Shown here: piece after piece, positions 11,672 through 22,457 of the stretch
How the letters are laid out: each line of letters begins with the position of its first letter
Numbering within the stretch: position 1 is the stretch's first letter
Assembly: GCA_016906335.1 (NCBI GenBank)
Contig: JADEYG010000001.1
Coordinates: 1,116,001 to 1,180,000 of the forward strand
Reading direction: 5' to 3'
DNA length: 64,000 nt
Source: Novakomyces olei
Lineage: Eukaryota
Position numbers and translations under genes: made by a program
Notes under the pieces: generated by a model
What the model was told of the DNA's origin: nothing
Database searches by the model: none
What the model saw: the letters and a program-made list of their open reading frames with translations, nothing else

Positions 11672-13811
11672 TCAGTAGCCATAATATTTCTCAGTGAAAT
11701 CAAAATTGGCACTGAAGTCTTCCTCGGTTTCCCATATTTCCGCAATCACAATCCTGACTTGAGGAAATACAAAGTTGATTGCACGTAACCCCGTGCGTAG
11801 CGCATTGAATGCTAAAAGTATAATTTCGTCCTGTTTGTATGTTAGAGAAGCTGCAACAAATAGCAGATTGAATTAATTTAATTTAATTTAATAAAAAATA
11901 AACGAATAGTAAAGTTAAATGACAATTTAAATGAGTAAATAAACACGTGAATTTGATAGCTGACTTGCCTGTGGTACGCCGTAATCGAGTAGCAGTCGCA
12001 GTGCTAAAATCGTTTGTGCGCCTTTGAGTATAGTCGGATCCTTTTCATAAGTAACAATAAGGAAAGAAGCATACAAACAAGAAAACGATGCTATTGTCCG
12101 TCTGGTTTATGACCTTATGATAGTGGAGCTAAGAGCAATATTAGCATTATTTAACACTTAAATAAAGGGGGAAAATTAGTGGCGATAAACATACCTGCGG
12201 CTCGCCTGTTTCGGGAGCGATCTGTATAAGTATTTTACTATAAACAGCGTCCCTTGACAGCTTTGCAAGCGCCTGCTCGAATATTCCGCCCCCCTTCAAC
12301 TAGATTAGTTGAAAAAGATTATACATCGTTGAGTGAAGCAGAAAATAAGCTTATTGATAAAGTAGAAATTAGATCGACGATTTTAAATAGCCTCTGAACA
12401 AAGCACATTAATTAGAAATTAAATCAATACCGGTAGTAAGGAGACAGCATGAATCTGTGTTGCGCACTCCAATCCGCAGCCCTTGAAGCCAGTAGGCGTC
12501 TCAAACTCCCTTGGCCTGTATTCCAAGTAGTTCATAGCGTTTGTTACAATAATGCGAGCCAGCCGCTCCAGATAGAAAGTCCATTCGTCTTTATTGAGAG
12601 ACGTGCCCTTCAATAGAGTCAGTATACAGCGAACTTGATTTGTCGAAGGAATCACAAGAATCATCTTGTCATCCACTACGGCAGCTTCTTGCTGAAGACG
12701 GTTCAGATTAGCGCAGTGGCTCTGACTTCGAACCCACAGCGCTTGTTTTATATTTCGAGTAATCAGTTCTAGAGGGTTAGGGCCAAAAAAGATAGTGTAT
12801 TTACCAATGGCGAGCTCATTATCACGGCCACGCGGTACCACAATATTTGCATACTGCATTTGCGGCTCGACATGTTTCTTCAATGAAGGCCTTACGAACT
12901 TTTCATACTGCCGCAGAACACTGTGGAGCGACCGCTGCCTTTCAGAAATATCTCGCAACACTTTTATATTAATAATGTGCCCAATCGGCGAATGAAACAA
13001 TGAAACGTTTACACCAGAACCGTAAAGAACAAATAACGAAATACGCAATAAAACACAATACTAGATACCCCTCCTGGCCAGACAAATATCGGCTTCGCAT
13101 TCAACGTAAACCTTTGCATCAAACAGGTCGCGTACTTGTTCATTCGCCAAAGTCAGAATTCCCTCTATTAATATAACAATTGCGCCATATCTGAACGTCA
13201 ACACTTGCAACTAGATTTCGACATACACAGTGATTGATTTCTTTGATCGGCTATGCGTTTTGAAATCGTAAACGGGTATTTCTGTACGCTCTCTGCAACA
13301 TTAGAAATACAGTATAGCAATAAAAAATAAACGAATGAAAAATAAATAAATAAAAGTTGACAAATAAATAAAAGTTGACAAATAAATAAAAGTTGATAAA
13401 ATAGCAATCAAAATGGGTCAAGTAGTACCCGTTCCGCAATTGCCGTAGAGTACGAATGAACAGCGGCCAATCAAAAGCAGCGGGACAGTCGAAATCTTGG
13501 TCTTCACGAAATGCACGTGCTGATTCTTCGGGCGACAGGACATTGTAAAACGAGTCCATTGACAAATTAAGAACCCATGGGACCTAGAGGCACGATTAGA
13601 TGTGACCACCTTATCTATCTTTTTTTTTTTTTTTTTTTGATTTTCATACGTCTAAATGCTTTTTGACTTCATTCGCCAGTGACGTTTTGCCGGAGCCTGC
13701 AATAATGTTAAATTTCGTGGGCAATTCATTCGGCATACCTGAAGCTCCTGATATGGCGACAAGGTAAAGGGTCCGCCATGGCGGTGCATAGCTAGAGCCG
13801 GTTTCTGTCAT
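11672..13811 (-). CDS. URK1: Uridine kinase with C-terminal UPRTase-like domain; 10 introns
   Basis: PPW..ISGASGSGKT P-loop after splicing, SMDSFY, FDCPAAFDW, IPVYDFKTHSR, LARRVLRDISER, ANIVVPRG, TGEPQLHY; ends KYYGY*. Confidence 0.88.
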
Positions 13812-14270
13812 TGCAAAATTATGCTTATCGGTCAGTCGAGCATTAAGCTGTTGGCAAAGGCATCGAGACAATTTGGCGGCAGTAAGGCAGAGCCAAAGAT
13901 TCAGTAAATTATGTATCGAATATTTGCAATAAGAATGGCAAAGGTTGTGCTTATCGATTAATAAATAAATGGCAAATTAAAAGCGACAGCAGTCTCGTTT
14001 GCAGCATGTAATGTATGATATATTTTTAAGTATATATACTTAATTAACTGGCTATTTTATCGTGGTTCCGTCTACAGTCTGATCTTTTCAACCGTTTCCG
14101 TCTGGCCAATAGGCTTTCGCGATTTGTTGCTCATTATCACCATTTATTTACTATTTGGGCAAACAAGCCTATCTGCGTAAAAGAGTGCAGCAGCAAATAA
14201 AAATATAATCTTTTCTATCGAAAATCAGCGCTTAAAGAGTCGCCTGATTGCAGTTGCGCGGGACGCAATT

Positions 14271-15830
14271 ATGGCTGATATTAGAGATTTGCCGTTACCG
14301 CAATCGCGCTATGACTTATCGACCTACCTTGGACGCGTGAGGGTATGAGTTTAATCGACAATTCGTATTACTCTTAAAGTCAGACTAACATTGGTCCTTA
14401 TCAAGCACAATATAGCGGTGACCGATCCAAGGTACTTTTTTTACAGTTGCTACTTTGATCTGTTTCTCTGTGTTCGCTTTGTTAAAAAATGGAGCTTCAT
14501 TTTAACGGGTTTCTTCTAATTGAAACATCCCTTTTGTTTTTGATTGAATATCAAACTGACTTTATTTCCAGGAACCTTTTTACATCTAAAGCACAATTAC
14601 AAGAATCGCAGCAGATCCTTGAAGACTACAAGAAAGGCCTTGTTACATTACAAGACGAACGTTTATGGAAGGCGTTACGAGGTACGCTCACCATAGCTAT
14701 GAATACTACAGGTACACGGTCATAAAACTGACTGGCCTAGTTGTCGAATCAACAATTCACCCCGATACAGGCGAACCAGTGTTCTTGCCGTTTCGCATGT
14801 CATGCTTTGTCTTGGTATGCGAGTTGGAATCCTTTTAGTTTTATATCTTTTTTATTTCATTTACTGCTTTTTTGATCTAATATACGTTCATTATTTCTTT
14901 TGTTGCTTATTGCAGACAAACTTGGTTGTAACTGCGGGAATGCTTACTCCCGGCTTGGGAACTGCCGGCACAGTTGCCTGGCAAGTGATCAATCAATCAA
15001 TCAATGTTGCTTTCAATTATTCGAATGCCAATCGGTCTTCTCCTCTGTCGAACAAGGAGATTGCGGAGTCGTATGCTCTTGCTGTAAGTGCAAGTTGTGG
15101 TGTTGCTCTGGGATTGAATAAAGTGGTCGAACGCATAAACGTGCGGCCCAGCATCAAACTGCCACTTTCTCGTCTAACGCCTTTTGCCGCAGTTGTTTCT
15201 GCTGGTCTGCTCAATGTTTTTTTAATGAGAGGCAATGAGATTCTTCATGTAAGAGATATACTCTATCATCTTATTGCTAATTTTCAATGTTTATTACATT
15301 GTATTCTATTTTATTTTATTTTATTTACGTTTTTTTAACTTTTCCATTGACGTTGAATAATTCTTTCGAGATTTTCAATCTCTTTTCAACAGACTTTCTA
15401 AAGCATCTTTGTTTTTTTTAATCTCTTTTTAACCCGATTAATTCTTAATGGCCTACTCACACACTGTAAGGGTATCGATGTAATAAATGAAAATGGAGAA
15501 TCGCAAGGCAAATCTAAAGTTGCTGCTTGGAGAGCTGTGTCAGAAACTGCTTTTTCGCGAATTTTAAATGCCGCTCCAATAATGGCTTTACCGCCTTTGA
15601 TATTGTTGCGTCTTCAACGCACGTCTCTGTTACACCGCCGACCGGGACTCCTGCAGCCATTTAACCTGGGACTAATTCTATTGACGTCATCGATAGCTCT
15701 TCCCATGGCTATTGCTGCGTTTCCGCAACTGCAAAAAATCAAGGCTGAGAACCTCGAACCCCGCTTCCAAGATCTCAAGAACGGCAATGGTGAAAAAGTA
15801 GATTGGCTGTACTTCAATCGGGGCATGTAG
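14271..15830 (+). CDS. FSF1: Sideroflexin (mitochondrial transporter); 5 introns
   Basis: SRYDLSTYLGRVRH..VTDPR, STIHPDTGEPVFLPFRMS, WQVINQSINVAFNYSNAN, YFNRGM end. Confidence 0.93.
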
Positions 15831-16150
15831 AGTTCCGGTTGGACAAGACGATAATAAAGCTGCACTATATCTAGCGTAATGTATGTTTTGCACCACAACG
15901 AACTGGATTCAAGTTTAAGGGTAAATCAATACACGGCGAAAACGCGCTACAAACAATAAACTGATTTAAATGATTTACATTAGTCGGCCTCGAATGCTAA
16001 TTAATCGTCGCTAGTCACAATATACGTATATACATTCATGTATAATGACTGTATTAAGCCCACAAACACGTAAAACGATCTTCCACCTGTCTAAACAGCA
16101 TATGCTATTGTTAACAAAACGCTTTAAACAAAACCTGCTTCGCCATTAAA

Positions 16151-16729
16151 TCACTTATCGCCCTTCGTGCTTTCTTGCCCCTCACTCCGAGCCGGATCCG
16201 CAGAGGCTCCCGCGGTCTGCCGCCATACTGAAATCTCCCGCTTTAACCGCTCATTTTCAATAAAAAGGGCATTATTCTGATGCTGAAGATCATTGCGCTG
16301 CTGTTCTAGAACCAGTCGCTCGTATCGCCATCGCTCCGCATTCCTCTCCTCTGCGAGTTTCAGGTCGTGAATGTACCGAGCTGCATTTAGCAGTATCGAT
16401 CCTTTATTTGTCTTTTCAACATTGGGCATAAGACTGGCGAGCTCCTTGATTCCCTCTGTAATTGCGTCCCGACGACGCTTTTCCACTTCTTTGTGTGTAA
16501 TTTTACGCACTCTCTGAGACTCCTCCGACCCGTTTTTTGCAGCCTCTGAGGAATACGGGTCTTTAGTGAGAGACTGTATAGACTGACCAGGTCGTTCTGC
16601 TCTCAGAGACTCGAGCGGCTCCGAAGAAATGTGAGCGGGCCGCTGATGTAATCGGGCGACACTTGCAGCCGGCGGCCGATGATCAAACGCGCCGGCGCCA
16701 GAGTACTGCAGCATAGACTCGCCCGGCAT
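16151..16729 (-). CDS. CBF1: bHLH-zipper transcription factor, Cbf1-like
   Basis: RKITHKEVEKRRRDAI..NKGSIL..AARYIHDLK..ERWRYERLVLEQ fits the Cbf1 bHLH pattern. First in-frame ATG is at 16729. Confidence 0.82.
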   Translation of the reverse strand: MPGESMLQYSGAGAFDHRPPAASVARLHQRPAHISSEPLESLRAERPGQSIQSLTKDPYSSEAAKNGSEESQRVRKITHKEVEKRRRDAITEGIKELASLMPNVEKTNKGSILLNAARYIHDLKLAEERNAERWRYERLVLEQQRNDLQHQNNALFIENERLKREISVWRQTAGASADPARSEGQESTKGDK

Positions 16730-16845
16730 AAGTCTCGATTGAGGAGCAGAAAAAAATGTCACTTGCGGACAATGCAGCAAACAAGCAGTGTCGGTTGAAG
16801 AGAGCCGCCGAGGCTTTGGTGCGCTGATTGACCCGAATGGATTGT

Positions 16846-16987
16846 ATCACGTGATTTGGAAGCAGCACTTGTTCGCACCGGATCCATTGCTGGTTAGCAA
16901 GTAATCTAGTCAGTCGTGTAATAAAGTGACTTTGCCGTGTAGTAAAGTAATGTTGCGCGCTGTACTACGTGACATCTGTCACGTGAC
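16846..16987. promoter_or_regulatory. Two perfect Cbf1/CDEI E-boxes upstream of the CBF1 CDS
   Basis: ATCACGTGAT at 16846-16855 and GTCACGTGAC at 16978-16987 match RTCACRTG. Confidence 0.7.
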
Positions 16988-17283
16988 TTTTGCTTACCGA
17001 AATCTTGCACTGATTAGAGTGCGCGTTACGCGTCAAAAAGGACGTATTTCGTATCGAGCAAAATGACCAGCAGAGCTAATTTTTTGGCTGTCAAAAATGA
17101 GTATATAAAAGGTGGGCGAATGCGCCTGACGCTGCTGCCTTTAGTCACAGTGTCGGCGACAAATCTTGGACTAATCTCGCGCACTTTGCTTGTTCATTGG
17201 TTCCGTAATCACTACGGCTTTTTACCTGATTTTTGTCGCCTTTATTGTCTGACGTGATTGACGCGGCCAAAGGTGTCTCCTTG

Positions 17284-17405
17284 TTCGTATCCCCTAATTC
17301 GTATCTCATAATTCGTGCCTTCTAATTCGTGTCTCCTAATTCGTGTCTCCTAATTCGTGTCTCCTAATTCGTGTCTCCTAATTCGTGTCTCCTAATTCTT
17401 GTCTC
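17284..17405. repeat. 14-bp minisatellite (CTAATTCGTGTCTC), about 8 copies
   Basis: Tandem array ending about 15 bp before the GH5 ATG; the 5' copies are degenerate. Confidence 0.95.
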
Positions 17406-17420
17406 TTTATCGCTAGAACA

Positions 17421-19203
17421 ATGCTGTTGCTGCTTCTTCTCCTCTCCCTCGTCAGTTCGGCAGTTGAGGCAGAAATTTTTCGCGGAGTAAATATCGGCGG
17501 ATGGCTCGTACTGGAGAAATGGATAACTCCCTCCCTATTCAACCAGTTTTGTACACGTAAAGTTCGCGACGAATGGTCCTTTTGCAAGACTCTCGGACCG
17601 AAAAAAAGCCAAAGCACAACTACAGGCACATTGGGCCTCCTTTTTCACGGAGGCCGATGTTATCAAACTTAAAGCCGCGGGCATAAACGCTCTGCGAATC
17701 CCGATTGGCTACTGGGCCTTCAGGACCTATAACGACGACCCTTACGTGCCAGGAGCGGCCGACTACCTGGACCAAGCAATACAGTGGTGCCGGACCCACG
17801 GGCTCCGAGTTTTGGTCGATCTGCATGGCGTGCCAGGGTCACAAAACGGATTCGACAGTTCTGGGCACGAAGGAAAAGTGGAGTGGCAGACTGGACACAA
17901 CATGGCCCGCACGTACCAAGTACTGTCGCGTATGGTTGAGCGCTATGGAAGCTGTGAAATGTCTGATGTCGTCTTTGGCTTAGAGATGCTCAACGAACCC
18001 ATTGCCTGGGGCGACAGTGACATTAGCACTAGTAGGCAATTTTACAAGAACGTGGGACGGAACCTCTGCTTCGAGATGTGCAACAAGAATCTGGTATTAG
18101 TGGAGCACGACTCCTTTGACGATCCCTACTGGTTTTCGAACGATGCGGAAATCAATAGGACCGTGGGCATAGACACACATTTTTACCAGCTGTTTACGGA
18201 CAGCGATAACGCCTATAATCAGTCTGAGCTTATCTCTAAGGTATGTGGGATGGCACCCATGCTGTCAAAAACGAATGCTAAACTGCCGATTTACGTGGGC
18301 GAGTGGACGGCCTCGACTAGGGTCTGCGCCGACAAAAATAGGTATAGTTGACTGAACATTTCCCGCTCACGTGGAAAGTGCTCAAAAGGCGACAGCTTTT
18401 GCTCCAATAAAAATAGTTCAGAATTGTCGTTCGATTTGAGGTGGCAGGCTAGACGGTACGTAGAAGCCCAGCTGGATGTATGGGAGTCCAGTTCTTCAGG
18501 TTACTTTTTTTGGAATTTCAAGACTGAGCATGTCAACGAGTGGAACTTTTTCGAGGGCATACAGCACGGGTTAATTCCGTATCCGATCACTAAACGCTTT
18601 TTTCCGCCCCAATGTAAATCAATTCCTTCTTCCCAGCCAACTCCTCAGCCGACTCCTCAGCCGACTGCTCAACCGACAGATTCACAGTTTTATACTCTCA
18701 CTGTCAGTCTCACCTTCCCTACTGCCGTTGCCACGGACGCTTACAATGTTACTGATATGAAATTTCCTCAGCCAACTCCTCAGCCAACTGTTCAACCGGA
18801 ACAACCGGCAGATTCACAGATTTATACTCTCACTGTCAGTCTCACCTTCCCTACTGCCGTTGCCACGGACGCTTACACTGTTATCGATATGGAAACTCAC
18901 CAGCCCACTCAAGATGCTAAACAGCCAACGCAAGAGGCTAAACAGCCCACTCAAGAGGCTAAACAGCCCACTCAAGAGCCCACTCAAGAGGCTCAAGAGG
19001 CTCAACAGCCCACCCGACAGGCTCAACAGCCAACTCAAGAGCCCACTCAAGAGGCTCAAGAGGCTCAACAGCCCACCCGACAGGCTCAACAGCCCACCCG
19101 ACAGGCTCAACAGCCAACTCGAGAGGCTCAGCAGCCCACCCGACAGGCTCAACAGCCCACACTGGCCCCGCGTCGTGTGAAAATTGGGCAACTTGGCCGG
19201 TAA
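17421..19203 (+). pseudogene. Secreted GH5 exo-beta-1,3-glucanase (Exg-like) with Q/P/T tail; frameshift plus in-frame stop
   Basis: Signal peptide, RGVNIGGWLVLEKWITPSLF, LRIPIGYW, DLHGVPGSQNGFDSSG, LNEP, DTHFYQ, VGEWT, FWNFKTE. One extra A in the run at 17601-17607 and a TGA at 18349-18351. Could be intact if these are a sequencing error and an intron. Confidence 0.7.
18634..19160 (+). repeat. Coding repeats: duplicated QPT..DSQxYTLTVSLTFPTAVATDAY block plus 21-bp QPTQEAK/QPTRQAQ units
   Basis: Visible directly in both DNA and protein. Confidence 0.92.
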
Positions 19204-19476
19204 ATGGCTAAATACATACACATATAATACCCCTTTCTGTTTGGGTTTTGACATACGCCTGTGGAATGTTTGCATCACAGAAATATTTTTGTTTTCATAA
19301 AATATCTCCTCTGATCTACAAAACAATAGACTGTAGTAATTGTTTCTTTTTTCAAATTTTGACAAATCTAAATACAAATTATGCTAAAAATTATTGATAA
19401 TTGTATGCTCCACAGGCGCACTTCCATATTTTAATCTAAAAATATCAACGCCAATCAAATAATTTAAGTTTTTCTC

Positions 19477-22143
19477 TCAGCCTTTCAGCAGTTTCAGAGC
19501 CAATGCCTCTTGATCTGCAATTGAATCCAGTTTGGGGACTTGCAGCACTCTAGAATCATCTTGCACAGGTTCCGTTTCAAACCATTTTCGAGCTCTTTTC
19601 TGAGGCCGATTGGTTTCCCGTTCTTCATCGTCCTCATCGGCACTCTGCTCAGAATCGCGACCTAATAGGACAACAGAATCTCCCTGCCCATGTTCGTCAT
19701 CAGAATGTTGGGCACGAAGAGCTTCCAATCGCCTTTGACGCTTGTCTTTCCGTTTGGCTTTAGCCTCAGACTTGTCAAGCAAGTCTTGAGAGGCCAATGC
19801 TTCTCTTTCACTGTCCACAAATTTACGAATTTGCTCAGCCTTATCGCCTTCCTGAGCAAAACTGGCCTCGTCTTTAAACTCGTACACAGAGCGTGGATTT
19901 CCTTGCTCATCAAAGACGACTTTCTCCGGCCGCAATCGATGCCGAAGCGATTTTTTCTTGGATACTGCTTCCATCTGCTTCCGTTTTGATAGTTTATCCA
20001 ATGGAACTCCAGAGAAAGTTTCTGCCTCGTCTTGTTCGTTGTTCTCCAATTCATGATCAGTTCGTTTCAGCTTTATAAAGTCTTCTTCTTCATCAGCCCC
20101 GTCTTCGCTCCCGCCTTGTAAGTCAGATTTATGTATAGGCGAACGCTGCAACAGCCTTTCCCTATGATCAGAATAAATATCATTGTTTTGTCTGGCCGTC
20201 AGTTTGTCAAATCCAGTCTTTTGCGCAGCCTCTAGTCTTGCCGGCTTTTTCTTGGCAAAAACATCAGTAAAGTCTTGCAGCCGCCCGTCTTCACTTTCGC
20301 TTGATTCCTCCAAGTCTTGATTAGCTCGAACTTTAAGGGGAGCAGTTTTAGATTTGCCCAATTTAACGGAGGGCGCTCCAGGAAGACCTAAAGATTTTGC
20401 AAAATCGTTCAACGGAAGCTCATCAAATTTGAATACTCCTTTATCTGGCTGTACACTGATAGAGCGGGCATAAGAGATGAAAGCCTAGTGATTAGCATTT
20501 GTCCGTAGCAAGAGATATCTGCAGAGAATATAAATAAATAAAAATAATAATATAAAATAAATTTAAACAAAATAAATTTATATATAGAATCGAAAAACTT
20601 GATTATGCAATATTAACTACATAAATGATGATACATGTGTAAATGTACACTTAAACCAAAAAAAACATAAAAATATATTAAAAAAAAAAATACCTTTTGT
20701 CCAATAAACTTCAGCTCTGGGTCCTTGAAGCACAAGTGCTGCAGCTGAGCCTTTATACTTTGCTGCTTGGACGACTTCACTACCAGTTTATCAATGGGTA
20801 CTCTCTTTGACTCTAATCTTTCCATAAACTCCGATTCTGAAGGCAACAAAAACAGCAAAGCCTTGCCGGCACGATCAAATCGTGCAGTGCGACCCACACG
20901 GTGAATGTAGGTGTCCGCATCTTCCGGAGCATCGACCTGTAAAACCCAATCTATAGCTGCAAAGTCGAGTCCTCTTGCAACCACGTCTGTACAAATAAGA
21001 AAAGCATACTTTGACCGTGCGAATCGCACAGTGACATCAGCCCGAGCCGTTTGTTTTTGTTTTCCATGGATGTGCATCAGGGGAACACCAGGCTGCAGTT
21101 GCCGAAAGGCTTCAAATACAAATCTTACCTGTTTGCCCGATGAGAGGAACACTAAACTCTTTGTTTTCAAATGAGTTTTCATGAACCCATAAAGCACATC
21201 AAGTTTATCAGGGAGAGCAACGGTTAAAGCGTACTGCTCCAATCCTTTTGGCGTACTATAATGAGCCTCTGCGTCAACAGAGACGTATGCAGGGTTTTCT
21301 CTCAAACTCAGCCGGGCCAAGTCTTTGACGCTTTTTGTTTGCGTTGCGCTGAAAAGAAGGGTTTGCCTATTCCGGGGCAAGTTTTCTATAATTGCGTCCA
21401 TTGTCCGCCTGAACCCCATATCCAGTATCCTATCAGCCTCGTCCAAAGCCAGTATTTGGCAACCGTCCAAGGAAAACCCTACCGTCTGGTCCATATGCTG
21501 AAGCAGCCGGCCAGGGGTAGCAATCAGAATATTCATACGGCTCAATCTTGCTCTTTCTCCCGCCAAATCTTTGCCTCCAATAACGAGTCCCGCTGAAAAG
21601 TTTAGCGCTGAGCCAATTCGCCGTAAAACTTCGAATATTTGCACTGCAAGTTCGCGGGTAGGCGAGATTACGAGGGCGCCTAGTCCGTCATGCACAGTCC
21701 ATTGCTTGTGCAGTAGGCATTCGATTATAGGAACGAGAAACGCTAAAGTTTTGCCGCTTCCTGTGCGAGCGGCACCCAATATATCACGGCCTTTTAAAGC
21801 AAGAGGAATCGCTTGCCGTTGTACATCTGTGCAGGTAATAAAATGAGCGGCTCTCAAGCCTACAGCTGTTAGACGTTTAAACCAGTTTGAGCGCTCAATC
21901 CATTGCTCAAAACGAGGGTTTTTTGTTTGTCGCGTACCTTTTTGTGTCTTCTCAGATAGGGGCAGTTGAGAAAAGAGTTTAACTTCGTCAGTCAGTTCCT
22001 AGTGCCTCTGTTAGTAAACGCGAGATTTGGCTTTAAACACCCACAAACTCTGCAACGCGTTTATCCAAATCACGAAGAGCTTTTACATCTGCATCGCGTC
22101 GTGCCCTTCTCACGTCTCTTGTCCGCGATTTTGATACGGCCAT
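19477..22143 (-). CDS. DBP4: DEAD-box RNA helicase Dbp4/Hca4 (40S biogenesis); 3 introns
   Basis: [59 protein letters not shown]-terminal [10 protein letters not shown]. Confidence 0.93.
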
Positions 22144-22312
22144 TTGTGGACGTGTGCGATCTGCCTTATCAAATAAAAATTATTATTATATCGGCCTGAA
22201 ATGGTGACCGGCAGGCAGAGTATGAAATATCCAAGCAATTTTTCTTTATACGAATAAATGAACTTGTACTGATTTATTCTACGTTTTATCCTTTTCACAG
22301 TTTTTATTAAAG

Positions 22313-22336
22313 CCTAACCCTAACTAACCCTAACCC
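22313..22336. promoter_or_regulatory. Telomere-like (TTAGGG) telobox upstream of DBP4
   Basis: CCTAACCCTAACTAACCCTAACCC about 170-190 bp upstream of the ATG. Confidence 0.6.
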
Positions 22337-22457
22337 AGATTCAAATAATCTAGCTTTTGTACGAATCAAACGTGGCTAAAATATGTACAAATGGACTGTG
22401 GTGCCTTTTAGTTTTCCACATGCTCCAAATACAAATGCAAAAAAAAAATACTGTTCC

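Noticed and set aside
18349-18351. Selenocysteine or genetic-code reassignment of TGA
   Set aside because: TGA is the normal stop of several genes here (YCF1, URK1, RAD18), the position is not a redox Cys, and I recognised no SECIS.
18814-19377. 187-aa Leu/Ser antisense ORF
   Set aside because: Shadow of the QPT coding repeats.
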